In this document: positions 53,287 through 61,485 of the stretch, in pieces
Numbering within the stretch: the stretch's first letter is position 1
Layout: each line of letters opens with the position of its first letter
Notes under the pieces: model-generated
Told to the model about the DNA's origin: nothing
What the model saw: only the letters and a program-made list of their open reading frames with translations
The model's database searches: none
Made by a program: the position numbers and the translations under genes
Source of the DNA: a virus
Length of the DNA stretch: 64,000 nucleotides
Reading direction: 5' to 3' (one strand)
Virus record (IMG/VR): IMGVR_UViG_3300037423_002564

Positions 53287-53988
53287 ATGCCCGCGTTCCT
53301 GAAGACGCCCGAGGACGAACACCTGTGGAGCAAGGCCAAGGCCGTGGCCGCCCAAGAGGGGCACCACGAGGATTGGCCCTACGTCACGGGCATCTTCAAG
53401 AAGATGAAGGGCGGCGCGGTCTCGAAACGCGCCGCGGCCGACCCCCACGCCGCCTACATGGACAAGGTGGCCTCCGAGGCCGCGCTCGTCGGCGCGGGCC
53501 TCGGCGCCGCGGCGGGCTACGCCAACGCCAGCGCCCTGGGCGTGGAGTTCAAGCTCGCGCCGCGATCGCGGGACGAGGCGAAGCGCGACCAGGTGATCGA
53601 AGCCGCCGCCGGCCTGGGCCTGGGCGGCGCGGCCGGCCACGCCATGAGCCACCCGGGCTTCGAGGCCGCCTACCAGGGCGAGAACGCCGGCCGGCGCGCC
53701 GGGGCCGTGATGGAGCGGCTGGGGCGCGCGCTGCCCGACGTGCTGCGCCGCAAGGTGGCCGCGGGCCCCGCCTTCAACCTCTTCGGCAGCCCCGAGCAGG
53801 TCTACGACCGCGACACCCACGTCAAGCTGCTGCGCGCCAAGGCCGACCTCTCGCGCGCCAAGCTGGTCAACAGCCCCGGCTTCCAGAAGCTGGGCCCCAA
53901 GGGGCAGAAGCAGATCCTGGCCGCCCATGACAACGTCCACCAGACGATCGAGGAGGCCGTGATGGCCGGGAAGTACGGAGGCATCTAG
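53287..53988 (+). CDS. Putative internal virion protein
   Basis: LWSKAKAVA..WPYVTGIFKKM N-terminus; internal DPHAAYMDKVAS; glycine zippers. Confidence 0.6.
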   Translation: MPAFLKTPEDEHLWSKAKAVAAQEGHHEDWPYVTGIFKKMKGGAVSKRAAADPHAAYMDKVASEAALVGAGLGAAAGYANASALGVEFKLAPRSRDEAKRDQVIEAAAGLGLGGAAGHAMSHPGFEAAYQGENAGRRAGAVMERLGRALPDVLRRKVAAGPAFNLFGSPEQVYDRDTHVKLLRAKADLSRAKLVNSPGFQKLGPKGQKQILAAHDNVHQTIEEAVMAGKYGGI

Positions 53989-56369
53989 TGACGACCCCCT
54001 ACGAAGCGTTCCAGGCCGAGCGTCTGGAGAAGGCCGCGCTCGACCCGTTGAGCGTGGCGGCCACCATGGGCCTGGGCCACGTCGCCACGAACGCCGTGAT
54101 CAAGGCGCGCAACGCCGTGGGCGACTCCATCAGCCTGGGCGGGCGCAGCTTCGGGCCGCAGCAGGTGGTCCACGACGCCATCCACGATGCCCTTGAAGGC
54201 CGCATCGCGCACCCGGCGAAGCGCGAGCTGCACAAGCTGACCCTGGGCCCCGAGGTCCAAGGCCAGGAGTACGCGCTGCCGCACGCGCTCACCACGGAGT
54301 ACCTGCGCCGGGCGGGCGGCGACAAACTCAAGGCGCTCCAGATGATGAAGTCCACCGTCGGCACGCCGGAGTTCGGCAAGGGCGTGCAGGGCTACGCGCC
54401 CTCGGAGCACCTCAACGCGGCCGTCGCGGCGATGGACCCGGCCAAGCTGGGGCCCGCGCGCGGTGGCACGATCGCCTACCAGCCGGGCACCGCGGGCTAC
54501 GCCGCCAAGGAGACGGCCGGCAAGACGCTGGCGCGCGTGGGCGCCGCGGCGACGGGCGCCATCGACCCGCACCTGCCCATCATGGCGGGCCTGAACTTCG
54601 TCAAGGACATCGCCAACCGCCGCACGCCCATCGGCGCGGCGATCGCCAGCCGCCAGGTCGCGAAGGGCATGACCCAGGGGCCCAGCACCGGCGTGGCCCG
54701 CCAGCTCACCGACCTCATCGCGAGCCCGGGCGTCACGCAGATGCGCGACGCCGGCGCGGTGCTGGGCCGTGGCATCGACGCGGCGGCGCCGGCCTCGGTG
54801 GCCGCGGACATCAAGACGCGCGCCGCCCAGACGCTCCAGAGCCCCCAGAAGCTGGTGCAGGTGGCGGATGCCGTCCACCGCACCCAGCAGCAGGTGTCCC
54901 AGGCCGCGGCCAACGGCGGCGGGGCCCCGGTGGTGGCGAACGCCAAGGACTTCTTCCAGCACCTCGCGCCCGCGAGCCAGGGGGTGGTCACGGCCGCGGG
55001 CAAACAGGTGGCGCAGCAGGTCGGCAAGGCCGGCATCAAGGCCATCCAGACGCCCGGCGCCCAGAAGAACATCGAGACGGCCTACCACGCCACGGTGAAG
55101 GGCTACGATGCGGGCCGCGCGGCGGGCGCGACCGGCCGCGAACTGGGCCGCCACGTCGGCAACGAGCTGCTCGACGCCACCGTCAACAGCAAGCTGCCGG
55201 CGGGCGTCAAGGTGCGCATCCCCTCGGCCGACGAGGTGGCGGCGGGGGCGGCGGCGCCCAACCCGCAGGCCCAGTCCGCGGCGCAGCAGCCCGGCGCGTT
55301 CCACTCCCTGCTGCCGGTGGCCGGCGGCGCGGCGGCGGTGGGCGCGGGCATGGCGCTGGGCGGGGGCGGCAGCCGCTTCCAGGAGCACTACCAGGACGAC
55401 CCCTACGGCCAGAAGTACGCCGCGGCGATGGACGAGGAGCTGGACGTCCACCCGGAGCACCCCACCCAGATGGACATCCTCCAGGACGCCTTCATGTCGG
55501 TGATGGAGAACCCCCGGGGCACGGGCATCAGCCTGGGGCGCTTCGACCAGGTGCCGCAACCCCTGCGCATCCGCGCCAAGCAGGTCAACATCGCCAAGAG
55601 CATCAGCGCGGACGAGGCCCTGCACCGCGTGATCATGAGCAAGAACCACCAGCACCACCTGGCGCGCAAGGGCGGCCCGGCGGAGCGCGAAGCCTGGATC
55701 CAGGCGTTCAAGGACCGCTGGGTGGGCTCGGGCGGCTACCGCCTGGTGGACATGGACCTGGCCGACCTCAAGCACCGCCGCTTCAGCGTCGACGAGCGCA
55801 AGGTGGGCGAGCTGATGCTCAACCCGCCCAAGGACGACGGCAACTACCCCATCATCGGGCGCTGGCGCGGCAACGGCAACCACGCCCACGTGGTGCTGGA
55901 CGGCAACCACCGGGTCGAGGCGCTCCTGCGCACCGGCGAGAAGCGCATGAAGGCGTATGTTCAAGAGGATCTGGCCCACGAGTTGGACCGCAAGCGGCTG
56001 GGCGAGGCGGAGACCGTGGTCGCGGGCACCGGCCAGAAGGTGGCGGGCAGCACGCTGCACGACATCTTCGAGAGCTTCAGCGCCCCGATCGTCGCCATCC
56101 TGCGCAACGCCCAGGAGGACGAGCGCGCCGAGAAGCGCGCCTTCAACGTGACGGTGCCCGTGGATCTCCAGGACCACGCCACGCCCAGCGCCTTCCCCGA
56201 AGACACGAAGGGCCACATCCTGACCAGCCTGCGGGCCAACGCCCAAGGGCAAGCGGACCTCGCCATGATCCTCGCGTCGCTACGCGGGCAGGAGGGCACG
56301 CCGCACGCCAACGCCGCCATCACCCACTACATCGCCGGCCCCCATCTGGTGGGCCTCTTGAGGAGGTAG
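53988..56369 (+). CDS. Putative internal virion polyprotein with ParB/Srx-like domain
   Basis: MTTPYEAFQAERLEKAA leader; YPII..VVLDGNHRVEAL..GEKRMKAYV at about 55735-55965. Confidence 0.65.
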   Translation: MTTPYEAFQAERLEKAALDPLSVAATMGLGHVATNAVIKARNAVGDSISLGGRSFGPQQVVHDAIHDALEGRIAHPAKRELHKLTLGPEVQGQEYALPHALTTEYLRRAGGDKLKALQMMKSTVGTPEFGKGVQGYAPSEHLNAAVAAMDPAKLGPARGGTIAYQPGTAGYAAKETAGKTLARVGAAATGAIDPHLPIMAGLNFVKDIANRRTPIGAAIASRQVAKGMTQGPSTGVARQLTDLIASPGVTQMRDAGAVLGRGIDAAAPASVAADIKTRAAQTLQSPQKLVQVADAVHRTQQQVSQAAANGGGAPVVANAKDFFQHLAPASQGVVTAAGKQVAQQVGKAGIKAIQTPGAQKNIETAYHATVKGYDAGRAAGATGRELGRHVGNELLDATVNSKLPAGVKVRIPSADEVAAGAAAPNPQAQSAAQQPGAFHSLLPVAGGAAAVGAGMALGGGGSRFQEHYQDDPYGQKYAAAMDEELDVHPEHPTQMDILQDAFMSVMENPRGTGISLGRFDQVPQPLRIRAKQVNIAKSISADEALHRVIMSKNHQHHLARKGGPAEREAWIQAFKDRWVGSGGYRLVDMDLADLKHRRFSVDERKVGELMLNPPKDDGNYPIIGRWRGNGNHAHVVLDGNHRVEALLRTGEKRMKAYVQEDLAHELDRKRLGEAETVVAGTGQKVAGSTLHDIFESFSAPIVAILRNAQEDERAEKRAFNVTVPVDLQDHATPSAFPEDTKGHILTSLRANAQGQADLAMILASLRGQEGTPHANAAITHYIAGPHLVGLLRR

Positions 56370-56372
56370 CCC

Positions 56373-56792
56373 ATGCTCACGCCCTACGACGCCTACATGG
56401 ACCAGGTCAAGTCCGCCGCCCTGCCGGGATTCCTCGGCACGGCCGCCGGCGCCGTGCGCACCGGCGCCACCCAGGCCGCCGGCGCCATCAAGAGCACCGT
56501 CGCCACCCACGCGCCGACGCTCAAGACCATGGCCGGCCAGGCGCTGCCGCAGCTCGACCAGGCCACCAACGTCTACATGAAGGGCCGGGTCATCGCGGGC
56601 GACATCGCCCACAACGCCCCGCGCCTGCTGGGCAAGGAGCCCAAGGTGCCGGCGACCGCGAGCCCCACCAGCGCGATGCTGGGCCACATGGCGCTCGGCG
56701 CCGGCGGCATGTACATCGGCAACGAGCTGGTGCGTGACAAGGAAGCGCGCCTGGCCGAGGCCCTCGACCGCTTCATGCAGGCGCGGGGGTAG
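56373..56792 (+). CDS. Putative internal virion protein
   Basis: MLTPYDAYMDQVKSAA leader; C-terminal hydrophobic Gly segment. Confidence 0.6.
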   Translation: MLTPYDAYMDQVKSAALPGFLGTAAGAVRTGATQAAGAIKSTVATHAPTLKTMAGQALPQLDQATNVYMKGRVIAGDIAHNAPRLLGKEPKVPATASPTSAMLGHMALGAGGMYIGNELVRDKEARLAEALDRFMQARG

Positions 56793-56800
56793 GAGCTGGC

Positions 56801-59800
56801 ATGCGCACCCCCCAGGAAACCTTCGAGGCGATGAAGCAGGAGATCGCGGCCGGGCTGACGGCCGCGTTCCCCGTCACCAGCGGCAAGCGCACGCTGGAGC
56901 TTCACGACGTCCAGTTCGACCCGATGCCCGGTCATGACGACTGGAACGGGCAGAAGGAGGCGTCGCTCACCAACAAGACCTGGGGCGCGCCGGTGCGCGG
57001 CACCTTCAGCCTGAAGGACGAGCACGGCAAGACCATCGAGAAGAAGAGCGTGCGGTTGGGGCTCCTGCCCACGCCCACCAACCGCCACACCTTCATCGTG
57101 GACGGCCGCGAGTACCAGGTCAGCAACCAGCGCCGGCTGGGCCCGGGCCTGTACACCAAGGTCAACCGGCTGGGTCAGGCGCTGGCCGACTTCCAGGTCA
57201 AGCACGGCCGCAACTTCAGCGTGGGCCTCGACCCCGCGAGCAACCAGTTCTACATGAAGTACGCCAACACCCACATCCCGCTCACGGCCGTGATGCAGGG
57301 CCTGTGGCACGACGGCCCCGCGGTGGGCAAGGCGTTCGAGCACGAGCACACGCCGCAGGAGGTGGACGACGCGCTGCACACGCTGTGGGCCGAAACCCAG
57401 CGGGAGCCCGCGCCGACGAAGCCCGATGAACTCAAAATGAAGCTACGCGACTACTTCAATAAGACCACCATGGACCCCGCGGTGAACCAGATGACGGTCG
57501 GCCACGGCCACCCCACGGTGAACGTGCAGGCGCTCCAGGACGCCGCGAAGCACGTCTTGGAGATCCACCGCGGCGAGCGCATGCCCAGCGGTCGCGACGA
57601 CCTGGGCTTCGCCGACATCCACGGCGTCGAGGACTTCCTGCGCGAGCGGCTGGAGGGCGGCAAGGGGCTCATCGCGGCGAAGCTCCGCCAGAAGCTCGAC
57701 CGGGCGGATGGCCTGGGCGGCCTGAACCTGCAAGGGGCGATCGCCCCGCAGTTACATAACTTCTTCACCACCAGCGAGATGTCGAACAACCCCATCCAGG
57801 TCAACCCGCTGGAGATGAAGGAGAACGCCTTCAAGCTGACCTCGATGGGCAAGGGCGGCATCGGCGACTCCAACGCCATCCCGGCGGAGGTACGCGCGAT
57901 CCACCCCAGCCAGAGCGGCTTCATCGACCCCGTGCGCACGCCGGACAACGCCAAGGCCGGCGTGGACGTGCGCGCGACCTTGGGCGCGAAGAAGGTGGGC
58001 AAGCGCATGCAGGCGCCGATGGTGAACGTCAAGACCGGCAAGACGGAGATGCTCACGCCCCAGCAGCTCTACGACAAGTTCGTGGCCCACGACAAGGAGA
58101 CGCCCATCAACGGCTTCGTGCGCGCCATCCACCGCGGCCAGATCGTGGACGTCGACCCCAAGCAGGTGGACTACCACATCCCGACCGAGCAGGCATGGAC
58201 GGTCTCGACGGCCCTGGTGCCGTTCCTACCCAACAGCCACGCCCACCGCGCGGCGATGGGGGCGAAGATGCTGGGCCAGGCGCTGTCGCTCGCGGAGCGC
58301 GAGCGCCCGATCGTCGACACCCTGCACTCCGACGAGGCCATCCAGGGCCTCTTGCCCGTGGCGCCGGTGGCGGGCACGGTGCATCGCATCACGCCCGGCG
58401 TGGTCACGATCAAGGACGCCCAGGGCGGCCTGCACCCGGTCCACTACGCCCACGAGTTCCCGCTCAACGGCGGCAGCTATCTGGATACGAAGCTTCATTT
58501 CCAGGTGGGCGACACGGTCAAGAAGGGCACGGTGCTGGGCGACAACAACTTCACGCAGGCCGGCTCGCTGGCTCTCGGGAAGAACCTGCACGTCGCCATG
58601 CTGCCGCTCGAAGGCCACAACTACGAGGACGGCATCGCGGTCACGGAGACCGGCGCGAAGAAGCTCACGAGCCTGCACCTGCACACCGAGGAGGTCGAGG
58701 CCGACGAGCGCACGGTCAACGACCTGACGCGCTTCCGCGCGCACTTCCCGGGCAAGTTCGAGGTCTCGCACCTCGCCAAGCTCGACGACAAGGGCGTGGT
58801 CAAGGTGGGGCAGACCCTCAAGGAGGGCGACCCCATCTTCGCGATGCTGCGCAAGCGCGTGACCAACCCGGAGAGCCTGATCCTGGGCAAGGCCCACAAG
58901 AGCCTGATGGAGCCCTACCGCGACGCGAGCGTGGTCTGGGAGAAGCCCTACGAGGGCAAGGTCACGGCCGTCGCCAAGACGCCCAAGGGCTTCAAGGTGA
59001 CGATCGCCGCGGCGGCGCCCGCACAAATTGGCGACAAGCTGGCCGGGCGCTTCGGTAACAAGGGCGTCATCACGACCATCATCCCCGACCACGAGGCGCC
59101 GCGCACCGTCGACGGCAAGATCCCCGACGTGTTCCTCAACACGGCCGGTCTGCCCAGCCGCATGAACCCGGCCCAGATCTACGAGATGGCCGCCGGCAAG
59201 GCGCTCCAGGCCATGGGCAAGGCCACGGAGAAGTTCCCCCAGTTCTTGGGGGTCAACAGCCACACCTTCGTGAAGAAGCTCGTCGCCAAGGCGGGCGTGA
59301 CGGAGCGCGACACCTTCATCGACCCCAAGACCGGCCTGAAGCTGCACGACCCCGTGCTGAACGGCCCGATGTACATGCTCAAGCTGTTCAAGCAGGCGGA
59401 CACGGGCTACAGCGCGCGCTCCGGCGGCGCCTACGACATCGACCTGCGCCCGGCCAAGGGCGGCGAGGAGGGGGCGAAGTCCGTGGGCACGCTCGACCTG
59501 GCCGGGCTCCTGGCCCACGGCGCGACCAGCTTCCTGCGCGAGGCCGCGACCTACAAGGCGGAGTATAACCCGGAGGTCTTCGCGCACATGTGGCGCGGGC
59601 TGCCGCTGCCGCCGCCCAAGCCGACCTTCGCCTACAACAAGTTCCTCACGATGGTGCAGGGCATGGGGCTCAACGTCAAGAAGGACGGCTCCAAGCTGAT
59701 GCTGCTGCCGATGCGCGACGCCGACACGCTCGCCATCAGCAGCGGGCCCGTCACCAAGCCGCTCACGGTGATGGACAAGGAGGATCCGCACACCAACCTG

Positions 59801-61096
59801 CCCTTCCGGCCGGAGGAGGGCGGCCTGTTCGACCCCACCACCACCGGCGGCCTGGTGGGCAACCGCTGGAGCCACATCACGCTGGCCGAGCCCGTCGTCA
59901 ACCCGCTCTTCCACCACCCCGTGCGCACGATCCTGGGGATGAGCAAGCAGGAGTTCAAGGACACGCTGGCCGCGGAGGGCGGCGCCAGCATCGCCAAGCG
60001 GTTGGGCACCGTCAACCCGGGCGCTCGCATCGAGGCCCTCAAGAAGGAGCTGAAGACCACCAACGCCACGGCGCGGCGGGACGACATCTACAAGCAGCTC
60101 CGCTACCTCACGGCCCTGGACAAGAACGGCCTGCGGCCGGACGACGCCTACGTGATGAAGCACGTCCCGGTGGTGCCGCCCACGATCCGCCCGATCTACC
60201 CGGACGCCGACACCGGCCAGGTCACGGTCTCCGACGCCAACCGGCTGTACCAGAACCTGATGCTCGTCTCCGACCAGCTCGCCGCCCATGCCAAGGACGG
60301 CGACCCGGAGACGGTCAAGGCGCTGCGGGTCGGCCTGCATGACGCGGTTGCCAAGGTGCAGGGCCTCGACGGCAACGCGGAGGCCATCGTCAAGGCCGGC
60401 GAGCGCGAGCCCAAGGGCTTCCTCCAGATCATCACGGGCGGCCGGGCCAAGGAGGGCTTCTTCCAGTCCAAGCTGATGACCCGCCGCCAGGACGTGGCCG
60501 GCCGCGGCGTGGTGGTGCCCGACCCCAGCCTGGGCATCGACGACATCGGCATCCCCGAGGCCCAGGCGTGGAAGCTCTACCGCAACCACGCGGTGGGCGA
60601 GCTGGTGAAGAGCGGCATGCCGCTGACGGCCGCGGCGGAGGCGGTGGAGTCCCGCAACGCGACCGCGCGCACGGCGCTCGACCTCGCGATGAAGAACGCG
60701 CCCCTGATCCTCTCGCGCGCGCCCAGCCTGCACAAGTTCAACTTGCAGGCGTTCAAACCGCAGGTGGTGGGCGGCAAGAGCATCCGCGTGAACAACCTGA
60801 TCCACAAGGGCTTCAACATGGACCACGACGGGGACGCCTGCAACCTGCACGTCCCCCTGGGCCCGGAGGCGATCGCCGACGCCTTCCGTATGATGCCCTC
60901 CAACAACCTCTACAACCCGCTGAACCGCAACCCGGTCCACCAGCCGACCAACGAGACCACGATGGGGCTCTGGAAGGTCACGAACGTGGGCGAGAGCAAG
61001 CCCACGCGCCACTTCGCGAGCCAGGCGGAGGCGGTGGCCGCCTTCAAGCGCGGCGACATCCGTATCGACGAGCCCATCGAGATCACGGGCCTATAA
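56801..61096 (+). CDS. Phage multisubunit-type RNA polymerase: beta fused to the N-terminal part of beta'
   Basis: beta motifs GGIG..RAIHPSQSGFIDPVRTPD, PFL..RAAMGAKM, GHNYEDG, GDKLAGRFGNKG, PSRMN, MYMLKL..AR..G.Y; beta' motifs GGLFD, HITLAEPV, PVVPPTIRP, SRAPSLH, catalytic NMDHDGD (60815-60835). Confidence 0.95.
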   Translation: MRTPQETFEAMKQEIAAGLTAAFPVTSGKRTLELHDVQFDPMPGHDDWNGQKEASLTNKTWGAPVRGTFSLKDEHGKTIEKKSVRLGLLPTPTNRHTFIVDGREYQVSNQRRLGPGLYTKVNRLGQALADFQVKHGRNFSVGLDPASNQFYMKYANTHIPLTAVMQGLWHDGPAVGKAFEHEHTPQEVDDALHTLWAETQREPAPTKPDELKMKLRDYFNKTTMDPAVNQMTVGHGHPTVNVQALQDAAKHVLEIHRGERMPSGRDDLGFADIHGVEDFLRERLEGGKGLIAAKLRQKLDRADGLGGLNLQGAIAPQLHNFFTTSEMSNNPIQVNPLEMKENAFKLTSMGKGGIGDSNAIPAEVRAIHPSQSGFIDPVRTPDNAKAGVDVRATLGAKKVGKRMQAPMVNVKTGKTEMLTPQQLYDKFVAHDKETPINGFVRAIHRGQIVDVDPKQVDYHIPTEQAWTVSTALVPFLPNSHAHRAAMGAKMLGQALSLAERERPIVDTLHSDEAIQGLLPVAPVAGTVHRITPGVVTIKDAQGGLHPVHYAHEFPLNGGSYLDTKLHFQVGDTVKKGTVLGDNNFTQAGSLALGKNLHVAMLPLEGHNYEDGIAVTETGAKKLTSLHLHTEEVEADERTVNDLTRFRAHFPGKFEVSHLAKLDDKGVVKVGQTLKEGDPIFAMLRKRVTNPESLILGKAHKSLMEPYRDASVVWEKPYEGKVTAVAKTPKGFKVTIAAAAPAQIGDKLAGRFGNKGVITTIIPDHEAPRTVDGKIPDVFLNTAGLPSRMNPAQIYEMAAGKALQAMGKATEKFPQFLGVNSHTFVKKLVAKAGVTERDTFIDPKTGLKLHDPVLNGPMYMLKLFKQADTGYSARSGGAYDIDLRPAKGGEEGAKSVGTLDLAGLLAHGATSFLREAATYKAEYNPEVFAHMWRGLPLPPPKPTFAYNKFLTMVQGMGLNVKKDGSKLMLLPMRDADTLAISSGPVTKPLTVMDKEDPHTNLPFRPEEGGLFDPTTTGGLVGNRWSHITLAEPVVNPLFHHPVRTILGMSKQEFKDTLAAEGGASIAKRLGTVNPGARIEALKKELKTTNATARRDDIYKQLRYLTALDKNGLRPDDAYVMKHVPVVPPTIRPIYPDADTGQVTVSDANRLYQNLMLVSDQLAAHAKDGDPETVKALRVGLHDAVAKVQGLDGNAEAIVKAGEREPKGFLQIITGGRAKEGFFQSKLMTRRQDVAGRGVVVPDPSLGIDDIGIPEAQAWKLYRNHAVGELVKSGMPLTAAAEAVESRNATARTALDLAMKNAPLILSRAPSLHKFNLQAFKPQVVGGKSIRVNNLIHKGFNMDHDGDACNLHVPLGPEAIADAFRMMPSNNLYNPLNRNPVHQPTNETTMGLWKVTNVGESKPTRHFASQAEAVAAFKRGDIRIDEPIEITGL

Positions 61097-61097
61097 T
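61092..61097 (+). promoter_or_regulatory. TATAAT -10 element overlapping the RNAP stop codon
   Basis: GCCTATAATAGGG, 20 nt above ATG 61117. Confidence 0.6.
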
Positions 61098-61116
61098 AGG
61101 GCCAGGAGGCAAGCCT

Positions 61117-61485
61117 ATGTTCGACGCGCACACCGCCTACATGGCCCGGGTCAAGGTCGCCCTCGACACCGACAGCCGCGACCCGATCAACCAGGTCTCC
61201 GCCGCCGGCGCGGGCCTCGGTGCGGCCACCGGCGCCGCCCTCGTCCACAAGGCCGTGGCCCCGCACGTCGCGATGGCGAAGGACGAGGCCAACTACCTGA
61301 AGACCTTCCACGCCGGCAAGCCCGTCCCCCTGATGGACAGCCTGCGCATCAACCGCGGCACCGGCTTCGCCGGCAAGGTGCATGGCGGTGCGATGCTCGC
61401 GGGCGCCGCCGCCGGTGCGATCCTGGGCGCCGCGCCCGGCGTCGTGATGGCGCTGGGCAACAAGTTCGGGGAGCCCGAGCATTGA
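61117..61485 (+). CDS. Putative internal virion protein (two glycine zippers)
   Basis: GGAGG RBS; MFDAHTAYMARVKVA leader; AAGAGLGAATGAA and GAAAGAILGAAPG. Confidence 0.65.
   Translation: MFDAHTAYMARVKVALDTDSRDPINQVSAAGAGLGAATGAALVHKAVAPHVAMAKDEANYLKTFHAGKPVPLMDSLRINRGTGFAGKVHGGAMLAGAAAGAILGAAPGVVMALGNKFGEPEH

Noticed and set aside
56801-61096. Host chromosomal rpoB/rpoC
   Set aside because: No ribosomal-protein neighbours, heavily diverged universally conserved motifs, a truncated beta', and location next to tail genes.
56801-61096. Intein or intron in the RNAP
   Set aside because: No intein splice motifs or homing endonuclease signatures seen; motif spacing is compact and continuous.
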